DNA of 64,000 nt from Eremomyces bilateralis CBS 781.70 (GCA_010015585.1 ML975163.1), one strand, 5' to 3'; shown: positions 49,162 to 62,532, numbered from the stretch's first letter. Notes: generated by a model from the letters alone, not told the origin. Numbers and translations: made by a program.

Positions 49162-50683
49162 ATGGCAACCATGGTGCGTTGTCTACATCTGAGTGGTCCC
49201 TTCCGGACTTCTTGGCCTGTCACCCACACGCAACACTCGACTAACTTGCATAGGATCTTCGTGTCGGCAACAAGTACCGCATTGGCCGTAAGATTGGCAG
49301 CGGGAGCTTCGGTGATATCTACCTCGGTATGATCACTCGCATCTAGCTTCGACTTGTGCATGCTCATTCTCCATAGGAACCAACATCATTTCTGGTGAAG
49401 AGATCGCCATAAAACTCGAGAGCGTCAAGGCCAAGCACCCTCAGCTCGAATATGAAGCCCGTGTCTACAAGTCCCTCGCCGGCGGTGTCGGGATCCCCTT
49501 CGTCCGTTGGTTCGGAACCGAATGTGACTACAATGCCATGGTCCTGGACCTTCTCGGACCCAGCTTGGAGGATCTGTTCAACTTCTGCAACCGCAAGTTC
49601 TCCCTCAAGACGGTCCTCCTTCTGGCCGACCAGTTGATCTCCCGCATCGAGTACATCCATGCCAAGAGCTTCATCCACCGTGATATCAAGCCGGACAACT
49701 TCCTCATGGGCATCGGCAAGCGTGGAAACCAGGTCAACGTCATCGACTTTGGACTTGCGAAGAAGTACCGTGACCCCAAGACTCACTTCCATATCCCGTA
49801 CAGGGAGAACAAGAACTTGACCGGCACGGCCCGTTATGCCTCCATCAATACCCACTTGGGTGTCGGTATGTATCATCGTTCTCCGACGACTAATCTTTAT
49901 GCTAACGATCTCAGAACAATCCCGCCGTGACGATATGGAGTCCCTCGGCTATGTCATGCTCTACTTCTGCCGTGGATCCCTTCCCTGGCAAGGCCTGAAG
50001 GCTGCTACTAAGAAGCAGAAGTACGATCGCATCATGGAGAAGAAGATGACCACGCCCACCGAAGTCCTTTGCCGTGGCTTCCCCAACGAGTTTGCCATCT
50101 ACCTCAACTACACTCGATCGCTCCGCTTCGATGACAAGCCGGACTATTCCTACCTTCGCAAGATCTTCCGCGATCTCTTCGTCCGCGAGGGCTTCCAATA
50201 CGACTACGTCTTCGACTGGACTGTCTACAAGTACCAGAAGAACACCGAGAAGCTCCAGCCCAAGACGGCTGCCACTCCGGACGACTCCAAGGACGTCGAG
50301 CCGCCGACTAACACCACCAGGCGCACCAAGACTGGAGGAATGTGAGTGCGCACATGTAAAGATCCCTTTCTCACTGGAAAGGGGTCGAACATCTCTGAAG
50401 GTGCGTGACAGTGTGCTGATCGTTGTCTTTCGCATTTCAATAGGGAAAGTAGCAGCGACCCAAAGCGCAGCAGAGGGAATACCGGACTGTGAGTTCCATT
50501 GTACACGAGACACACCCGTCTTCCTCTCTGCCTCGGTGCTTGTCGAAGAAACTGCTCTTGCTTTCGAAGCGCTGTCGTGTGCATGGGAGACGTTGAATGA
50601 CCTGTGCTAACGCATTGGTTCACAGGGCAACGGAACCGCGAACCCGGGGGCAGCATAATCGATTACGGAACGAACTTCCCTGA
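49162..50683 (+). CDS. HRR25: Casein kinase I (delta/epsilon-type; Hrr25/Hhp1/CK-1a)
   Basis: [63 protein letters not shown] and SRRDDMES. Exons 49162-49173, 49254-49326, 49377-49865, 49915-50341, 50444-50488 and 50626-50683; the last two are less certain. Confidence 0.93.
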
Positions 50684-51791
50684 ACACAACGGATGAAGTT
50701 TGACTCTTCACTCGACACATCGGACCGGCATCTCCTCTTCGAACGGGTCATTTCTTCGGATCCAAAGATCATTATTCTGGGCTAGGGTTTCTGCGTTTTC
50801 GGAAAGCATACACACCTACATTCGGCGACGACTCGGTTGCGAATTCGACACGATCAACACCGAATGGGACTGGGAAATGCGGCCTCGCCGTCCTAAACGG
50901 TCTGGATGGCTGGTTCTCCATCTCCTTTCCACGGTCTGAGTCTTCTGGGTCTTTGGTTTCCTTTCACTGATTGATCCGCTGGGCCATGCGTCCGGTTGAT
51001 CTCCCTTGATTGGATCTCGGTGCGTACGATGGTCATTTCTTCGCGGTTGGCATGCCTCCTCTGGCACCTGTCTCTGCGGCCCATCCATCGCCCGATCCCA
51101 ATATTCCGCACCCAATTTGCCTTGTGTGTTGCTTATGCGATTCCCCCATATCCCCACTCATCCCCATCACCCAATCATCATTATCCCCCACTACTGTTTT
51201 TCATTTTCAAATTGACCATCCCGCATCATCACTACCGCCAAATTGCATCCGCCCCCGTCCGATTCGATCAACCAGTGCTTGTGCTCTTCCTGCGTCCGAT
51301 CTTGAGGGCGGCTACTGGGGAGGTTTATGAACAGAGCTCGCGACGAGGTGGAGGGCTCATCAGGGGACGAGGGGCACGTTTTCCAAATGGCTTCTGGGTT
51401 TATAACGCATCTTCCTGCTGCGCGCTGATGGTTTGCATTGAGTGGGATGACGCTCGAGAGAGGGGACGAGGTTTAAGGACACAAAAGAGTCGATTCTTTT
51501 GCTGTGGACCGAAAACGAAAAAATTAGAGGACGGAGACGGAGCGAAAAGCAGGGGAGGAAACCAAATTGTTAAAACATCGACAGTGCAACCGGAAGCAAG
51601 CAAGCAGCGTAATTAGCTCGGGAAATGGAATTCATATCATGGGATTTTGGTTTCTGGATGCGGAATGTGGTGTCGTAATTCGTCTGTCTATGAACATGAT
51701 CCCTCGCTGACAATCTCCAACCATATGATGTCACAGGACGCCTGACTACATAGTACTCCAAGCTCCCTCAACTCTTTCATCTCCAACATCC

Positions 51792-54153
51792 CTACATCAC
51801 CCCATCCTCCTTATCATCCCCATCCCCCCCCTCCTCCACCCTCCGCAACGCCTCCACACTCACCGGCGGCTCCCACCCCGGCCTCCCCCCCGGATCATCC
51901 CGCCACGCCATTTCTCTCTCCAAACACCGACTCATCCGCTCCAAAATCCACTCCGCCTCGCTCTTATTCCCCATCAGCGGGCTCCGCGTCCCCAACCAAC
52001 TCCACTTCAGCCGCTCGTGCTCCGTGTCCGCGCTCTCGTCTTCCTCTTCCCCTTTGCCGTTCGTGGTTGGGGGTGATGAGGGGTGGTGGGGACCCATGCC
52101 CCGCGCCGTCTTTATCACTTGTCTCCCCAACCCCGCTAACCGCCCCCCTGCCAACCCCACCTGCGGCACATCCCTCGGCAGCGGGCTCACCGGCGGCGCA
52201 CGATGCTGCGTCGGATCCCACTCATGCTGGCCCAGCAGATGCAGGTAGTACGTCCACTCGGGGTAGGTGTACTGGCGCGGCGGGGACGCGTCGACGTCGC
52301 GGAGGAGGAGGCGCAGCTCGGCAGCGAGGACGAAGTGGTAGAAGTGCAGATCACGGCGGGCGGGGGGGTCGTGAGTGGCGGAGTGGGTGGCGGCGTGGAG
52401 GGAAGAGTGGGAGAGGTGGGTGAGGAGNNNNNNNNNNNNNNNNNNNNNNNNNNNNNNNNNNNNNNNNNNNNNNNNNNNNNNNNNNNNNNNNNNNNNNNNN
52501 NNNNNNNNNNNNNNNNNNNNNNNNNNNNNNNNGTCGGTGGGCTCGTCGGGCTGGAACCAGTTCCTGCGTCGGAGTTTTTCGGCGGATAGTTGGAGGGAGT
52601 GGCGCGTGCCGGGCTCGTTGGGGAGTACGGTGATGGCGCCGAGCCAGATGGTGAAGTCGCTGACGCCCTTGACGACGGTGTCGCCCATGTTGGAGATGAG
52701 GATGGTGAGGGTGGGGACGGCGAGCAGAGTCCAGAAGACGAAGACGGGCTTCCCCGCGTTGGAGGCCGGGTAGAAGTCGCCGTAGCCGATGGTCAGGAGG
52801 CTGGTGTAGGCGAAGTATAGGGAGCCGAAGTACGTCCAACCCTGGTCGCGGTGCTCGGCCTGGTGGAAGACGGCAGCGCCGACGAACCACAGGAGCAGGG
52901 CGGCGGCGCTGGAGAAGGCGAGGGCGATCCATCGGCGGCGGAGCTGGGCGGACCGTTGGATCTTCCGCATGAGGTGGAATTCCTGCTCGCGGCGCTGGAG
53001 CTCAGTGAGGCCGACCTGGTCAAAGTGGTAGGTTTGGAAGAGGCCGAGGGAGATGGTGCGGCGGCCGCGGTCGACGTGGCGGACGGCTTGCTCGCGCGTC
53101 TTCTCGGTGATGCGGGCCTGCATCTTGTGCTTGCCGCGCTCGAGGAGCAGGCTGCGGATGCTGCCGACGACGAGGCCGACAGTGACGATGCCACCGATGG
53201 CGTAGGGGAAGAGGATGGAGCGGCCGGCGTGGGTTTTGGGGGAGAAGTCGGTGCCGAGGCCGACGGTGAGGAGGGTGAAGTCGGCCCAGTAGACGGCGTC
53301 GAGATAGAGCCATCCTTCGATTTTAGAAAAGATCAGCGCGCCGACGAGCAGGTACACCATGAACGCGATGGTTTGCAGCATGAGGGTGCGCTGGCTCATG
53401 GTCAGGCGGAACTCTTTCGGGTAGTGGTGTCGGATGGCGCCGAAGACGGTCAGGGTCATCAGCATGGAGATGATCATGTACTGGCCGGCCGCCATGATCG
53501 CGTAGTAGTATGCCTGGGTCAATGAATGTCGTTCAGGTGGGTCAAACCGGAACACGGAGGTGTTCGCGACCACCACGAGGGCAATGAGCAGGACTCCGGA
53601 GATCATCCAGCCGATGATGGTGATGGGTTGGGCGATCGGAAAGGGAAGTCGACGGGCCATGTTGAGGAGAAGGGAGATGTTCGCGATAAGGGCGAAAGCC
53701 AGAGATACGGCGTTGATGGCGATGAGCCTGGGAGCATTAGTCGGCCGTCATAGTTGTAGTCGTGTATCATCTGCTCACCATCTTGGATCTTCAATGCGCT
53801 CTGCCAAGTTCTCTGTTTTTCCTTCCGGTATGTAGCTCCTCCAGCTCTGTACCAGAGCACATATACTGAATGCGTTCGCTATCGGACCGAACGTGCCGGC
53901 AATGAGTGGGATCGCAGTCGATGCGAACCACCACCGACTGCCATATGATTGATATCAGCCGGCGCCCACCGAAAACACCCTCGTTCAAGCGTTCATCATC
54001 GGAGTGTTCTTCACGCAGTTCTCCAGATACACACCTGGGGTCCAGAAAGTCCTGCTCCTCCTTCTCCTTCTGCTTCTGCTCGGCAATATATGGGTCGTCC
54101 TCCAAATTGTCGGCGGCATTGGAGATAGGCTCATCTACGCCTGGGTCGTTCAT
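51792..54153 (-). CDS. TOK1: Outward-rectifier two-pore-domain potassium channel
   Basis: Two pore loops (FTLLTVGLG and YTSLLTIGYGDF), SQRTLMLQT and multiple TM helices. Two 5' introns; interrupted by an N gap. Confidence 0.9.
52428..52532. other. Assembly gap (105 N) inside the TOK1 coding sequence
   Basis: Run of n flanked by G-rich low-complexity sequence; the reading frame is the same on both sides. Confidence 0.99.
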
Positions 54154-56228
54154 GACTGTGGAGGCGCATCTGGTGCATAGGAAATGATCATGGCGTTGTA
54201 ATTTAAGAGGATAGAAGTTCTACGTTCTACCGTAGAATGGTATTTCGTTATTTCCAGGCCATACCAGACAATCTCCGCGACGATGAGGTTGGAGGTGTTG
54301 GCTCTCTCGGACGCCGCATCCCTGTAATCCATGACGTAGTGATGCAACCTTAACCACCTGGTCGGGTCTCGAATATCACAGACAGAGAGCAACGACATGC
54401 GTCTTTCAATCCCAACATCGATGCGAATGTCTCATTAATTGCGACCGGTATTCGCTGGCACCCTCTGATTCTCCAGTGCTTTTGCCATAGATGACAAGTT
54501 CGAAGCTGGTCCCCAGCCCTAATCTCCAGCCCCGAAATGAGGATCGCCGCACGGACGGAGTAAATGGCACTAGCACGATTGGAGCAAGGCGCCTTAGAAC
54601 CACCGCTAGTATCCTTTAAGTAAGGCGTTGTTTATGATCCTCTGATTATCAACTTCTTCCTTCGCTCTCCGAGTCGACTTCTTCAAAAACATTGATTTTC
54701 GTGACAATTTGCACTCTGGTAGAGGTTTCTTTTGCTAGAGATTAATGCACACCGAGATTTAGAGTTATATGTACCGTTTGGCCCTGCTTTGAATGCTTTG
54801 AATTTTAATGCTTTTCGTTCAATGACTTTAGGATCCCCTGCAGCAAGATGGCCGGACCGACAAGCCAGTTGGATGACATAGTGATATGACCCCGCGCAAG
54901 ACGCCTTGAAGGGGGCCAAAACGCATTGATTAATGAAAAGAGAAGAACATATGGTACTTGGAACACTAAGTCAGGACGCTTGTGCGGGTCTTCCAGATGA
55001 TGTTCTTGTCCTCCTTTCTAGAGGCTGCCTCCACCCGAATATTCTGTCTCAACAGCACGGAGAAGAGCAGAAAAAGCAACAAAGGACAGGAAGAAAAGTT
55101 CAGTATCTTGGAATTGACGCGTTTAGCCCAACTTAAGTCGTTGGGTTTCGTTGAAAGACGCGGGTGTTGTGACTGCGGATCATCGGATATATGCTTTACA
55201 CTTTGTGTGAGCATAGTCCTCGCGTCAATGAGCCGCACTCATGGATTTTGCAGCCTGATTCATACAGTTGCGAGATAAGACTAAAGGGTAAGGATAGAGT
55301 GCTTGTCTGACCGGTCGAATGGGACTTGATCAAGGAGATATTTTCTTAGGGTGTATCAGAGTATACATGGACTTAGACAGTGCAGGATGCCGGAACTGAA
55401 GCATCCCAGAGTATCAAGGAGCTGGATAGCCTTAGGCATGTTAGCGAGCGATGTCATCGTCGGCTCACATGACTAGAAGGGCCATATCACTGCTTAGACG
55501 GTTCTAGACCGACTGATTTGATCTACTATGCGTTGCTCTGTGGTTATCTTCCACTGGCAGCGGATCTAATAACACATTCTACGTAGCCCCCGGGTAACCA
55601 GCAGTAGAGCACATGTCTGTCGAGTTCTCTAAGTTATCAACACGCCGCTTCCTCTTTCCTCTCTTCTATCTTCCTCCACCTCCCACTTCTTTCCTTTTTC
55701 TTCTTCTTCTTCCTCCACCACCACCTCTCACTCGTTGCCTCCATCAGATTCCTCTTCCCATCCCCAGTTAGAACAGGAGTTCCTTCTCGGCAAAGTTCAC
55801 AGTTGATCGATCCAACTTTCAAGCATCTCGACCAACTCTGGGCCATCGTTATTTCCATCCCAAAGGTAGCAACGGATTGCCGCACTCTCGAACTCCAACG
55901 CGATTTCTCGCGGTCAACCAGAAAGGTAAGTACTTACTTGGTCAATATTCATCCTTTTGTCGCCATCGGTGCATTCCTCGCTTGGAAAACCTCGCCGCCT
56001 TGGTTCCATCAGTCATCGTTCGTTTGTAAACGCACCATCAATTCCACCTTTCACTTTCATTTTAAAACATCAGACCGCATAACCTGCCATCACTTACTCT
56101 TCGTTTGTAAATACCGCAACAACCCTCACCTCGTTCATCAACTATTTCTCAGCTTCTCACACGGGTACTAATATTCGCTTCATAGCCTAACATCGCAAGA
56201 TTCTAGGATTTCCTTGACTTCCTTCACC

Positions 56229-58438
56229 ATGTCGCAGCTTTCAGGCGATGCCCCCTCCGAGAAGACTGGCGAGAAGACCGAGGAGAAGGGGGAGAAGCTT
56301 TCTCTTCAAGACCTTGCTGTAGCATGGATGGAGGCCGCTGTTGCGGCCTTGGACAAGAAACAGGCCGAAGACAAGGCCAAGGCCGATGGTGAGGGCTCGG
56401 ATGATGGGGACTCGGTCTCAGCGGAGCCGGACGTTGGTGTCAAGGTTGACTTCGAGAAGCTCAATAAGGAAGCCGACGCATCCGATGACGACAATGGATG
56501 GCAAGACCCTACTGACTACGATTACGAGGCCTATAAGGAAGGTCGTGCTGCCCTTCTCAACCCCCTCGAGTCCGAGCAATCGGAGCGAGCCGAGCGTCGG
56601 TGGGCGTCCAGCGCCGTTCGCTACGAGTGGAGCGATGAGTTCGGAGACGTTGGCCCAGCCGATCCAGAAGTCGAGAAAGCGCTTTTCGATAAGCTGTTCA
56701 TGTTGGGGACCGGAATGAATTTCGACCAGTATTCCTACGAATGCGAAATCAAGGGTCCGTATAATCCGGGCCATATCTCGACTGTAAGTCTCCCTATCGT
56801 TGTTTACGGATATCGCCCCGCTAATGTTATCGTCTAGTGGGAAGATTCTGGTATTCACCCTCAAGTCCTTGAGAATGTTGCGCTTTGCAAGTTCAATAAA
56901 CCCACGCCTGTGCAATCATTCGTTATCCCCGCTGCACTTGCGGGACTCGACGTCGTGGCAATCTCGCAGACTGGTAAGTTTATTGACATAAATCTCCCCG
57001 CGCAGCTTGCTTACTTGCGATAGGCACTGGCAAGACGGGTGCATACCTCCTCCCTATCATTTCGCGCTTGATGGGGAAGGCGAAACAGCTCTGTGCGAGG
57101 CGAGCTCCCAGTCCAGAGATCAGAGTCAAAGCAGAGCCTCTCGTTCTTGTGATCTGCCCGACCCGTGAGCTTGCGATTCAAGTCTTCAGGGATGCCTGTC
57201 GCTTCGCCTATCGCTCCATGCTTCGTCCCTGCGTCGTTTATGGCGGCCAGGGCAATATGATGGATCAGATTCGGAACCTTCAGATGGGATGTGACATCCT
57301 CATCGGCACTCCTGGTCGTCTTCGGGACTTTTGCTCCCGCCCTACTCTGATCACTTTGCGCCGTGTGAAGTATGTTATCCGACCTTTCATAACCATCGTC
57401 TCACGCTTCGGGGAGAATGCCACTAACCCATCCTCAATCACATAGATACACTGTCGTTGATGAAGCCGATGAACTTCTGGAAGAAGACTGGAACGAGTCC
57501 ATCGATGACCTCATGCGTGGCGGCGATGTCAACGAAGATGCCGATCACGCTTACCTCATGTTCTCGGCAACATTCCCGCGCCCTGTCCGTCATCTTGCCG
57601 GCAAATACATGTCGAAGGATTTCGTTCGTGTCAAGTGTGGTCGGATTGGTAGCGCCACCAATAACGTCTGCCAGCGAATCATCTGGGTGGATAGGGAGAA
57701 GAAGGAGCAGTGCCTTCTCGACCTGCTCAACACGCTGCCGGCGACGCGCACCGTGATATTCGTCCGCTCGAAGCGTTCGGCTGACATGTTAGACGACTTC
57801 TTGTACCGCAACCAACTCCCTTGCACGTCTATTCACGGCAACAAGACCCAGGCTGAGCGTGAAGATGCGATGTGAGTGCCCGAACTAACTTGCAAGCCTC
57901 ACCATAACTAATGCTCATATGCAGGTTCAACTTCCGGAAGGCTCGTTGTCCCATTCTTGTTGCAACCGGCATTTCCGCTCGTGGCATCGATGTCGTCAAC
58001 GTGATGCATGTCATCAACTACGACCTTCCTGCCGCGGACCAAGGTGGTATCAAGGAGTATGTTCATCGCATCGGCCGCACCGCGCGCATGGGCAACATCG
58101 GCATGGCCACAAGCTTCTACAACGACAATGACGAGGGCCTCGCAAACGATCTTGTCAAAATCCTGATGGAGAATGGCCAGACGGTCCCGGAATTCCTCGA
58201 ACAGTACAAGCCTGAAGACGGCAATGTCAACTTTGACTCCGACGAAGAAGGCTCGGTAGATTCCTACAAGGACTTCCATGCGCGCAGCAGCGACAGCGAA
58301 TCCGGCGATGATTCCGACGCGTCGATGGCTGGATCCGCTAGCGATGGCTCTCGTGCTGGCTCTCCCCCCCCCGCTCCATTCGAGCCGGAGGAGGAGCCTG
58401 CTGGGTTCGTACCTGCTGGTGGAGACGACGACTGGTAA
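56229..58438 (+). CDS. DEAD-box RNA helicase, Ded1/Vasa-related paralogue
   Basis: Q motif KPTPVQ, SQTG|TGKT, PTRELA, GTPGRL, DEAD, SAT, SARGID and HRIGRTAR; acidic N- and C-termini ending GGDDDW. Four coding introns (about 56784-56837, 56974-57022, 57370-57446, 57872-57924) and a probable 5' UTR intron at 55926-56185. Confidence 0.9.
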
Positions 58439-59389
58439 ATCCTTCCTTCGTCACCATCACCGCGAGTAATCCCCAATCCACTGAAGACCTATCCTGACCT
58501 GTCTGCGCGACTACAATCGATGTCTCTGCTTCCCTCGATTACGATTTTCTTAGATTTGCGCTTCCTTAGCTGCCTACCCGTCTCAGACGTTCCATAGCTT
58601 GCACGCTTACCTTATTCGCAAGCTCGCCTCACGGCTCTCTCATCGTCATGTCCCCTCGGGTATGAATGATGGACTACAGTCACATTCTTGCTGCGAATTC
58701 ATCGAGCTTATAAATCGTTCATCCCGTTGTCGTGCCGTCAAGGGACGACTCATCAATGCTTCTCTCAGCGGATCCCAATCCTTTCCAGCTCTCCCCTCTG
58801 CCCGTTTTCGTTTTTCATTAGCACTAGCGATCCAGATCTAGCTTGTCACGTTGAAATGGATCGCAGTGCAAAAGCTCGTGCGGTTTCCAGCAGCCCTCAC
58901 GGCAATTCAGTCCTGGGGAGTGCATCTCATTACGAACGTTCAGCTTCACAATCGACACCGTTCTCGAGTCATCGGCTGGACGTTGTTGCGGACACTCATG
59001 TACTAGCTCATTGGAGTCCCTTATACCCAAAGAGTTCCTTTAAAAAAAAAATTAAAAAAAACAATCCAAAGGTGGTGGTGGAGGCTTCTTAGCAATTGGT
59101 TCAAATGGGACAACCTCACGGTTGATGGATGTTGGTTTTGGCCTGTCGGTTACTGGACATGGTCATACAAAGAGAGAAGGACGACAGAGCATCTTTATTC
59201 TTGTGTTAATAGGTTATGGTGTTGCAGACAGGCAGAATAGGCAATAAATCTTCAAATAATTGGGTGTGCGGCTGTGATGTTTGTGATTATCTATTCACTG
59301 AATTCAGTGTTATTTGACATGATAATATGCGTATCCGACTCTAACCTGGATTTGGCATTGATCATTTTCTTTGAAGGCCCGGACTCGCT

Positions 59390-60501
59390 TCATATCATTT
59401 CCTTTTTGCCATATTTCCTCAACAGCTTTTTCATTATCGAAACCGCACCGCTGCGGTACGATCCACCAAACAGCGCATTATGGTTGAGGTGATGGTACCT
59501 ATTTTCGATCAATCTCCGCGTCCTCGCAAACACTGGCAACACATCGCAAACTTACAGCTCATACAACTCCACCCGGTCCTCATACTCCTCCACCGGCTCC
59601 GTCTTCTCCACCACCGCCCAATACTCCTCCCAAAACCCCGCCCCAAACCCCCCAAACATCTTCATGATCCCATGATCGAACTCACCATGCGCATACGCCG
59701 CCGACGGATCATACGCCACCTCATGCACCTCCCCCTCCTCAAACTCTCCCTTTCCCCCCTCCCCCCTTTCAACCCGCCCCCTCCCCCAATTCCCACTCCA
59801 CAAATCCCCATGCACCACCACCGGCACTACCCCCTCCCCCCCATTCAAATGCCCATCCCCAATCAACCTCCCACATACCTCCCTCTGCGTCCGCTCCACT
59901 AGCGCCCTTAGTTCCGCGTCCGCACCATTGTTCTCCTCGCACGCGCGTAGGATGGCGCCGAGGCGCCGCTCGCGGAAGAACGACTCCCAGCTGGGGTCCC
60001 AGGCGTTGTCTTGCGCGGTATCGCCGCAGTAAGTGGGGCGGGAGAAGCCGAAGCGCGGGGGGTTGGGGGCTGGGGTGGAGTGCAGGCGGGCGAGCTTGGT
60101 GGCGAGGGAGGGGGTGGCAGGGGAGCGGGGGGCGGAGGAGAGGGTGAGGAAGGAGGTGAGGAGGAAGTGGGTGGTGGGGGAGGAGGAAAGAGTACCGAGG
60201 GCGTGGGGGCGGGGGACGAGGGTGGGAGAGGCGGTGGAGAGGGCGAGGAGGGAGGCGTGTTCGCCTTTGGGGGTTAGTGGATGGAGATATGAGAGATGGG
60301 GGTGAGCGGACCTTCGAGCATCGCGCGACCTTTCGAGCCTTGCGCGCTCTTCATGAACCAACTGCGTGTTCGGCCGTCGGAGAAGGTGGTCGTTATTTTA
60401 GCGTTGCTGGCGCTGCTGCACCCGCCACCCCCTGCACTACTGAGGGTGGTGTGGGCTGGGTCAACGCCTAGGCCTTCGGCGATGGCGGGGTCGAGCTTCA
60501 T
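59390..60501 (-). CDS. Fructosamine/ketosamine-3-kinase family protein
   Basis: MLE|GEHASL, LATKLARLHS, FGFSRPTYCGDTAQDN, VVHGDLWSGN, YDPS, RVELYEL|YHHLNH. Two introns. Confidence 0.92.
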
Positions 60502-61113
60502 TTTGGGCTGTGAGGAATGGGGATGGTGCAAATAGGTTTTGGTGAAGGGGTGTTTGAGGAATGATGGATTTTGTATCAAGAAGTATTATGATCAATCAAA
60601 CATCATCGGGCTTCAGTTGGGAATGCTTCCCCTCAGCTGCTGCATCTGATACAGCAGAGCGATGACGTAATGACCTCAGGGCAGCATGAAAATAAGGTGC
60701 CTTAATTTATAGGCCAGAATATCTTGTTGCCTGACGGACTATCCAATCACCCTCTGAGGGGGACGAAATTGAGTTACCTTTCTTGGCATTCCCCTATGCA
60801 CAGTTCCCACGATCTTAACCAGAACGCAGCGGAGAATTCGCCAAAACGGACCTCTAGTAGTTGCTTAGTTAGGAAAAGAGTATACTTTTTGGTATTATGC
60901 TGTTTTTGAGCGAATTGGGCCTGCCTGTGATGGTGGTGATGGTTGGGGAATGCCAAGAGACGTAACTCAATTTCGTCCCTCCCAGAGGCACAATCACTTG
61001 TCAAAACAACGTCTAGTGTGTCGAAGTTGGAGGTTCGTGATGAAACACTTTGTCGCAGGCGAAAGGATTAGATCTAGGAGCCTAAGGCTACAAACTGCAT
61101 TAATAATCTTGCC

Positions 61114-61968
61114 ATGAGTCTCGTATATCTGCAGGGCCAGGGAACCGGGCATTCACATAGAACACACAACTTACAGATAGAATCTGAGGACCTGCGAAAT
61201 TGCCGCCGAAAAGGGCGGTTTGTGACGCTGTTTTTGGCGGCATTTCCACACGACCTGGTCACGAAAATCTTTCCTTCTCCCCAAACACCCCTGGATAACA
61301 CAGACGTGGGCTCTTCGGACGGCGAGAACGAAGACCATGACTCGGACCCTCCGCCTCCCGAATACGTGTTTCAGGGGCGTGCACGTCTTGTAGATGCCTT
61401 CTACGGGCCGGACGCTGACACGCTTGATGGCGAACAGAGAATCGGCCGACGGATCCAGGTCACAAAGGACATGATAGCACTTTGGGGGCTTTGGGAGCCG
61501 AACCGCCGAGGGAAGAGGTTCGACTGGAACAAGGATACCGAAGACATCGTTGTCGACATTATTGAGAAAAAGCAGGAGCAGGGCTCCAGTCCATGTCTCA
61601 ACGAAATGAAATGTCCGACTGGTGTTTGCATCATATGCCCAAAATTGCATACTATGGTAGACGCAAGTTCCGGGGTATGGATTCGTTGAGACTTGAGACG
61701 TCACCTAATAAATCAACACCTGAGTCATCTGCCTGAAGGGGTTCCTCTCTCCTGCACATGGAACACGTGCGGAAGCAGTTCTGCCTTCATCGACATTGGA
61801 GCCTTCCTGATCCATATTGCCACGGTCCACGATTACGACGTAAAGATTGGACCCTATTACTTTGAGCGTTTCTATCGCACGCGGAGCCCCAGTATCCTGT
61901 CCATCAAGTCGAAATCTCAGCCGTCGACCGCGATCCTGGCATTCGATAAATCCGAATATCCCTCTTAA
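61114..61968 (+). pseudogene. Degenerate C-terminal fragment resembling a DUF3435 (Starship captain) protein with Cys/His zinc-finger-like tail
   Basis: PPPEYVF.GRARLVDAFYGP..RRIQVTKDMIAL..EPNRRG, then CIIC..(RKF..DSL)RRHL..H..C.W..C..FL.H...H, an arrangement I recall from DUF3435 C-termini. Two frameshifts and a TGA at 61687-61689; the N-terminal recombinase domain is absent. Confidence 0.6.
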
Positions 61969-62532
61969 ACTAAAAGAAATTCTCCCGTAGACCGCTTCTC
62001 CCAAAGAACAGAATGAGCTAGTTTACGAAATTGCTGCTAACACAACTCCCAATTCGTTATATCACTAGTCCAAAAGATGGGAAATGCTGTTTGAGTGATA
62101 AAATATTGAACGGATTCCATGGTCAAATTGGTTTTCTAAGTCTATACTATGGAGTGCTGGCCAACGACAAGCGTAAATCGTTTTACATCCTTCTTTACCC
62201 TGTGTTTATTAAGTTCTGTTTGCCAGATGTTTATAGATATCACAGGGGAACATGGAAGAAGCGGAGAAAATTCTACTAGTACCCCGAATCTGCCAAAGTC
62301 AACGCAAAATATAGTCTAGCGAACAAAGAATAATGTGTTCTTCGCGTTTCCTATGTGTATCTCGTCCTTTATCCTCGCAGGCATAAATACCTTTCTCCTT
62401 GGCCAGTCGAATCATGTCAACTTCTACATCGAAAATCTAAAATTGTCTTCTTCATCCAACTCTAACTAGGGCGTTAGCTACTACAAAGACACCAGTCTAG
62501 TCCAGCTTGAAGCACCGCCGTTTCCTGTCAGT

